Positions 35,229 through 40,118 of a stretch of DNA of 40,118 nt are shown here, one piece after another. This DNA comes from Bdellovibrionales bacterium (GTDB taxonomy: Bacteria; Bdellovibrionota; Bdellovibrionia; Bdellovibrionales; JAGQZY01), in assembly GCA_031426555.1 (NCBI GenBank), contig JANPLN010000072.1, forward strand, positions 1 to 40,118. The letters run 5' to 3'. Each line of letters begins with the position of its first letter. Position 1 is the first letter of the stretch. The translations under genes were made by a program, and so were the position numbers. Below the pieces are notes generated by a model, which searched no databases, was not told the origin of the DNA, and saw nothing but the letters and a program-made list of their open reading frames with translations.

Positions 35229-37895
35229 ATGACCAAAACGCAAAAATTCGTTTACTTCTTTTCGCAAAACGAAACCGACGGCAACGCCAAGATGAAAGAC
35301 ATCCTTGGCGGAAAGGGAGCCAACCTCGCGGAGATGACGTCTCTCGGAATTCCAGTTCCTCCGGGCTTCACCATCAGCACCGAAATCTGCCAAGTCTTTT
35401 ACGCTAACAAAAAGTCGCTGCCAGACTGGGTGAAGGATGGGGCCAACGCCGCTGTGACCAAAATGGAAAAAATCGTCGGCAAAAAATTTGGCGATGTGCA
35501 GGCTCCGTTGCTCGTGAGTGTTCGCTCGGGCTCCCGCGCCAGCATGCCGGGCATGATGGATACAATTCTCAATTTAGGCCTCAACGACGAAACTGTGGTG
35601 GGCTTGGCGAAAGCTTCGGGCAATGCGCGCTTTGCCTGGGACTCCTACCGGCGCTTTATTCAGATGTATTCCAACGTCGTGATGGATATGAATCATTCGC
35701 TTCTCGAAATGACTCTCGAGGATCTCAAGGCCGAAAAGGCTTACGAAAAAGACACAGACCTCACAGAGCAAGATTTGCGCACGCTAGTTGCCAAGTACAA
35801 AAAAATGATTGCGGAAACCACCGGCAAAACATTTCCAGTGGATCCCAAAGAGCAACTGTGGGGCGCCATTGAAGCGGTGTTTTCGAGCTGGCACAACAAT
35901 CGCGCGGTGACTTATCGTCGCCTGAACGACATTCCCGAAAGTTGGGGAACCGCCGTCAACGTGCAAGCCATGGTGTTTGGCAACATGGGCGACGACTGCG
36001 GAACGGGCGTTGCCTTCACGCGGGATCCTTCCACCGGCGAGAAACAATTTTACGGCGAGTATTTGATCAATGCCCAGGGCGAAGACGTGGTTGCAGGAAT
36101 TCGCACGCCTCAGCCCATCAGCAAGCGTCAGGCGCAAGGTTCTGGCTTTAAATCTCTCGAAGAGGAAATGCCGCAGGTTTACGGACAGCTTGTGGAAACC
36201 TATCAGCGCCTCGAAAAACACTATCGCGACATGCAAGATATCGAATTCACCATCGAAAGTAAAAAGCTGTGGATGCTGCAAACGCGAAGCGGCAAACGCA
36301 CGGCCCATGCGGCCATAAACATTGCCATGGACATGCTGGATGAGGGCTTGATCGACAGTAAAACGGCGGTGCTTCGCGTGCAGCCGGGAAGCCTCGATCA
36401 ACTTTTACATCCCACGCTGGATCCGAAAGCGAAAAAAACTTTACTTACGAAAGGACTGCCGGCAAGTCCCGGTGGCGTTTGCGGAAAAGTGGTGTTCTCC
36501 AGTGAAGACGCCGTGGCTTGGAAGGAAAAGGGCCATAAAGTTATTCTCGTGCGCATCGAGACCTCCCCCGAAGATATCGAAGGCATGGTGGCCGCCGAAG
36601 GTATTCTCACCACGCGCGGCGGGATGACCTCCCACGCGGCGGTTGTTGCCCGCGGCATGGGTAAGTGCTGCGTTGCTGGTTGCGGTGATGTGCAAGTGGA
36701 TTATCGCCTTAAAGAATTCCGCGCCCAAGGCTACGTGGTGCGCGAGGGCGACATCGTCACTCTCGATGGTGGCACCGGCGAAGTTTATCTTGGCGAAGTA
36801 AAAACCATTCAACCGCAACTAGGTCCATCGTTCACACGCTTGATGGTGATTGCCGATCAACATCGAAAATTAAAAGTTCGTACCAATGCGGACACACCAA
36901 AGGATGCGGCCACCGCGCGTGAGTTTGGCGCCGAAGGCATCGGCCTTTGCCGAACCGAACATATGTTTTTTGGCGCGGATCGCATCGATTGGATCCGCCG
37001 CATGATCGTTGCTGAGACGCTGGAAGATCGCAAAAAAGCGTTGGATCAGTTGCTTCCCATGCAACGCGATGATTTTTATCAGTTGTTCCAAGTGATGGAA
37101 GGCTTGCCTGTAACCATTCGCTTGTTAGATCCTCCGCTCCACGAGTTTCTTCCGCACACCGACGAAGAGGCCGAAGAGTTGGCAAAACGCATGGACATTC
37201 CTCTCGATGAACTCCGCCGCAAAGTGCGTAGCCTCCACGAATTTAATCCCATGCTGGGTCATCGCGGCTGTCGTTTAGCCGTGACTTATCCCGAAATTTA
37301 TCAAATGCAAGCGCGGGCCATCGCCGAAGCCGCGGCCATGATCGTGAAAAACGGCAAAGAGCTTATTCCAGAAATTATGATTCCCCTGGTGGGCGTGCGC
37401 AAAGAGCTCACCATCATGCGCGAGCTTGTGGATATCGAAGTGAAAGCCGTGCAGGCCGAAAAAAAGGTGAAGTTTGATTACCTCATCGGTACAATGATCG
37501 AACTGCCTAGAGCCGCCATCACAGCGGATGAGATCGCATTAGATGCTGATTTTTTCAGCTTCGGAACCAATGATTTAACGCAGACGGCGCTAGGACTATC
37601 GCGCGATGACGCCGGAAAGTTTTTAAAATCCTATGTTTCTGAGGGAATTTTCGAAAAAGATCCCTTCATGACAATCGATGCTGAAGGTGTGGGCAAGCTG
37701 GTAAAAATGGGGGTTGACCTTGGACGTCAGTCCAGACCAAACTTAAAAATCGGCGTTTGCGGTGAGCATGGGGGCGATCCCGAAAGCGTATTCTTTTTTG
37801 CGAAAGCAGGCTTGGATTACGTCAGTTGCTCGCCGTTCCGTGTGCCCATCGCAAGATTGGCCGCGGCACACGTCGCTTTAAAAACTGGGGATTGA
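35229..37895 (+). CDS. ppdK: Pyruvate, phosphate dikinase
   Basis: LGGKGANLAEM, GGMTSHAAVVARG, GIGLCRTEHMF, FSFGTNDLTQ, GVCGEHGG. Confidence 0.98.
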   Translation: MTKTQKFVYFFSQNETDGNAKMKDILGGKGANLAEMTSLGIPVPPGFTISTEICQVFYANKKSLPDWVKDGANAAVTKMEKIVGKKFGDVQAPLLVSVRSGSRASMPGMMDTILNLGLNDETVVGLAKASGNARFAWDSYRRFIQMYSNVVMDMNHSLLEMTLEDLKAEKAYEKDTDLTEQDLRTLVAKYKKMIAETTGKTFPVDPKEQLWGAIEAVFSSWHNNRAVTYRRLNDIPESWGTAVNVQAMVFGNMGDDCGTGVAFTRDPSTGEKQFYGEYLINAQGEDVVAGIRTPQPISKRQAQGSGFKSLEEEMPQVYGQLVETYQRLEKHYRDMQDIEFTIESKKLWMLQTRSGKRTAHAAINIAMDMLDEGLIDSKTAVLRVQPGSLDQLLHPTLDPKAKKTLLTKGLPASPGGVCGKVVFSSEDAVAWKEKGHKVILVRIETSPEDIEGMVAAEGILTTRGGMTSHAAVVARGMGKCCVAGCGDVQVDYRLKEFRAQGYVVREGDIVTLDGGTGEVYLGEVKTIQPQLGPSFTRLMVIADQHRKLKVRTNADTPKDAATAREFGAEGIGLCRTEHMFFGADRIDWIRRMIVAETLEDRKKALDQLLPMQRDDFYQLFQVMEGLPVTIRLLDPPLHEFLPHTDEEAEELAKRMDIPLDELRRKVRSLHEFNPMLGHRGCRLAVTYPEIYQMQARAIAEAAAMIVKNGKELIPEIMIPLVGVRKELTIMRELVDIEVKAVQAEKKVKFDYLIGTMIELPRAAITADEIALDADFFSFGTNDLTQTALGLSRDDAGKFLKSYVSEGIFEKDPFMTIDAEGVGKLVKMGVDLGRQSRPNLKIGVCGEHGGDPESVFFFAKAGLDYVSCSPFRVPIARLAAAHVALKTGD

Positions 37896-37897
37896 AC

Positions 37898-40118
37898 TTG
37901 AGAATTAAAAAATTAGAAATCGTTGGTTTTAAGTCGTTTAAAGACCGAACAGTCATTCACTTTGATGCCGGCATCACCGGTATTGTGGGGCCAAACGGTT
38001 GCGGTAAATCAAACATCGTCGATGCCTTGGTGTGGGTGATGGGCGAAATGTCGGCCAAACATCTTCGCGGCTCGAGCATGGAAGACGTGATTTTTGCAGG
38101 AGCTGATGGTTATGCCCCTGTGGGCATGGCCGAAGTGTCTTTGACTCTCGAAAACGACGGCGGTCCTTTTCCTGTTAAATATTTAAATCATAGCGAAATT
38201 ATGGTCACTCGGCGTTTGCATCGTTCGGGCGAGTCTGAGTATTTGATTAATAAAGAAGTGGCACGTCTGCGCGATGTGCAAGAAATCTTTATGGATACGG
38301 GTGCGGGAGCCAAGGGTTTCAGTATCATCGAGCAGGGCGCCATTGGTAAAATCGTTACGGCTAAGCCCGAAGAGCGTCGCACGTTGATCGAAGAAGCGGC
38401 GGGGATTACTAAGTTTAAAGTCCGCAAGCGCGAATCACAAAGAAAACTCGAGTCCACTGAGGGCAACCTTGTGCGCTTGCAAGATATCATTGGCGAGTTA
38501 AAACGTCAGATCGATAGTCTTCAGCGCCAGGCACAACGTGCGGAACGTTACCGCAAGCTCAAGCAAGAAGTGGAAGCTCTCGAAATGTGGATGAGCTCCA
38601 AAGAATTCCACGATTTAAAAGTAAAAACCACCACCGCCGAAAAAATGTATCAAGAGGCGCGGGACAAAGATGTGACGGCCCAGTCGCAAATGGGCCAGAT
38701 GGAATCTCTGGTGCAAACTCTCAAGGCCGACATTGCCGAGTACGAGCGTCAGATCATGCTCAAACAGCAAGCGGTGAAAGACCTCAACGACAATATCCGT
38801 TTGAAAGAAAAACTCACGCAAGAACTGCATTTTGAAATCGAGCAGGCCAAACGCAACAAAGAGATGACCGGTTCGTTGACTCAGGAAAACCGCGCGCGCC
38901 GTGATATTCTTGCTCGCGATTTGGGAGCCGTTTCTGAGCGCCTGGTGCAGTTGACTTCGCTTTCTGAAACTCTGCATGCTGACTTTTTAGATAAAAAATC
39001 CCAGTACGACCAATTCGAGCAAAACATCGTGTCGGTGGATCAGCGGTTAACGCAAGTTCGTAAAGAATTGCTCACGCTGATGCAGGCCGAAACCACGTTG
39101 GATGCCCGTGTGGTGAATCTTCAAGAAGTGATTGAGTCGTTGATGGAAGAAGAAGTCACAGCGCAGGCGCTTCAACAGGAACTCGTTAATCAAAAACAGA
39201 ACATCGATAAAAACTTTAAACGCGTCAACGAAGCCTTCGAAAAAGAGCGCCAACTTCAATTGTCGGTGATGAACGATGTGGAAACCTTGCTTGCGAATAA
39301 AAATCATCTCGCGCAAGATCTGGAACACCGCACGCGCGAGCTGAACGAATACAAAGACCGCACCAACGAAGTAGCTTCGCGTCTCTATGGCCTCGAAGAT
39401 TTACAAAACAACTTCGAAGGGTTTCAAGAAGGCGTAAAATCCGTGATGTTATGGCAACGCCAGCAATTGGAAGCCATTCCTGAGGGACAACGCGAAGATT
39501 CGCAAAAATTTATCCCCGTGGCCGATGTGGTGGAAGTTCCATCGCACTACGAGCTCGCCATGGAAGCCGCCCTTGGACCGCGTTTGCAATTGGTGTTGAG
39601 TGCCGATCCGCAGGAGTCGGTGAGTGCCATTGATTATCTGAAAGAAAAAAAGCACGGCCGCTCTAGTTTTTATTCCGGTGGACTCCAAACCGTAGAGACG
39701 TCGGACATGGAGCCTCTGCGCGCCGACTCGCGTGTAAAGGCGTTATTAAAAGATGTGGCAAAAATTCCCGAAAAGCATCGCGAAATCGTTGAGCACATTT
39801 TAGACCGCGTGGCCATTGTGGATTCGTTGGCCGATGGGATTGAGCTTAAAAAAGCCCACTCGCAGTGGACGTTTGTGACTTTGGACGGCGATGTGATCAC
39901 GGCCGAGGGAATTATTTCGGGCGGAGCGGCAGAAGACGCTTCAAGTGGCATGCTCAAGCGCCAGCGCGAAATTAAAGAATTAAAAGTTTCGAAAGACGAG
40001 TGGTCCAGCAAATTGTCACTGGCTCAGATGACGCTTAAAAAAGTCGAAGACAGCTTCAAAAAAATGTCTGAAGACTTAGAAAAGGCTCAGCGCGATCAAA
40101 CCGAAAAAGAGATTGCCG
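37898..40118 (+). CDS. smc: Chromosome segregation protein SMC (partial; runs off the right edge)
   Basis: Absent from the ORF track (no stop). TTG start; RIKKLEIVGFKSFKD...GIVGPNGCGKSNIVDA...FSIIEQG...LIEEAAGI, coiled coil, hinge (FVTLDGDVI...IISGG). Confidence 0.96.
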   Translation, partial: MRIKKLEIVGFKSFKDRTVIHFDAGITGIVGPNGCGKSNIVDALVWVMGEMSAKHLRGSSMEDVIFAGADGYAPVGMAEVSLTLENDGGPFPVKYLNHSEIMVTRRLHRSGESEYLINKEVARLRDVQEIFMDTGAGAKGFSIIEQGAIGKIVTAKPEERRTLIEEAAGITKFKVRKRESQRKLESTEGNLVRLQDIIGELKRQIDSLQRQAQRAERYRKLKQEVEALEMWMSSKEFHDLKVKTTTAEKMYQEARDKDVTAQSQMGQMESLVQTLKADIAEYERQIMLKQQAVKDLNDNIRLKEKLTQELHFEIEQAKRNKEMTGSLTQENRARRDILARDLGAVSERLVQLTSLSETLHADFLDKKSQYDQFEQNIVSVDQRLTQVRKELLTLMQAETTLDARVVNLQEVIESLMEEEVTAQALQQELVNQKQNIDKNFKRVNEAFEKERQLQLSVMNDVETLLANKNHLAQDLEHRTRELNEYKDRTNEVASRLYGLEDLQNNFEGFQEGVKSVMLWQRQQLEAIPEGQREDSQKFIPVADVVEVPSHYELAMEAALGPRLQLVLSADPQESVSAIDYLKEKKHGRSSFYSGGLQTVETSDMEPLRADSRVKALLKDVAKIPEKHREIVEHILDRVAIVDSLADGIELKKAHSQWTFVTLDGDVITAEGIISGGAAEDASSGMLKRQREIKELKVSKDEWSSKLSLAQMTLKKVEDSFKKMSEDLEKAQRDQTEKEIA

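Noticed and set aside
38188..40011. Short ORFs in the last 2 kb, mostly minus strand
   Set aside because: Shadows of the unlisted smc reading frame.

Overview
Chromosomal window from a Bdellovibrionota-like bacterium (inferred from gene content and order). From left to right it carries: a minus-strand inorganic-carbon-uptake-like operon (leader ORF, SulP, DcaP-like porin, DabA/DUF2309; dabA runs off the left edge and is missing from the ORF track); a four-helix-bundle gene convergent on tRNA-Gln(TTG); an FAD oxidoreductase, spoVG and DUF1844; a MoxR-DUF58-BatABCD operon; MltD; a ~8.5 kb accessory segment bracketed by two inward-facing Y1/HUH transposase-like paralogs; rlpA, ohr, a GT4 glycosyltransferase, an HNH-like gene and mrp; then glyQS-ppdK-smc (smc runs off the right edge). 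The most unusual observations are: (1) two copies of a palindromic element read in frame, in opposite orientations, at the starts of consecutive Bat-operon ORFs; (2) a c-di-GMP-I riboswitch with its own terminator and no downstream gene; (3) a conserved, gap-free motif array upstream of both Y1 genes, one copy abutting a 20x8-nt tandem repeat; (4) a SulP-porin-DabA operon with a possible arrest-peptide leader. All calls come from reading motifs by eye; no database searches were run.
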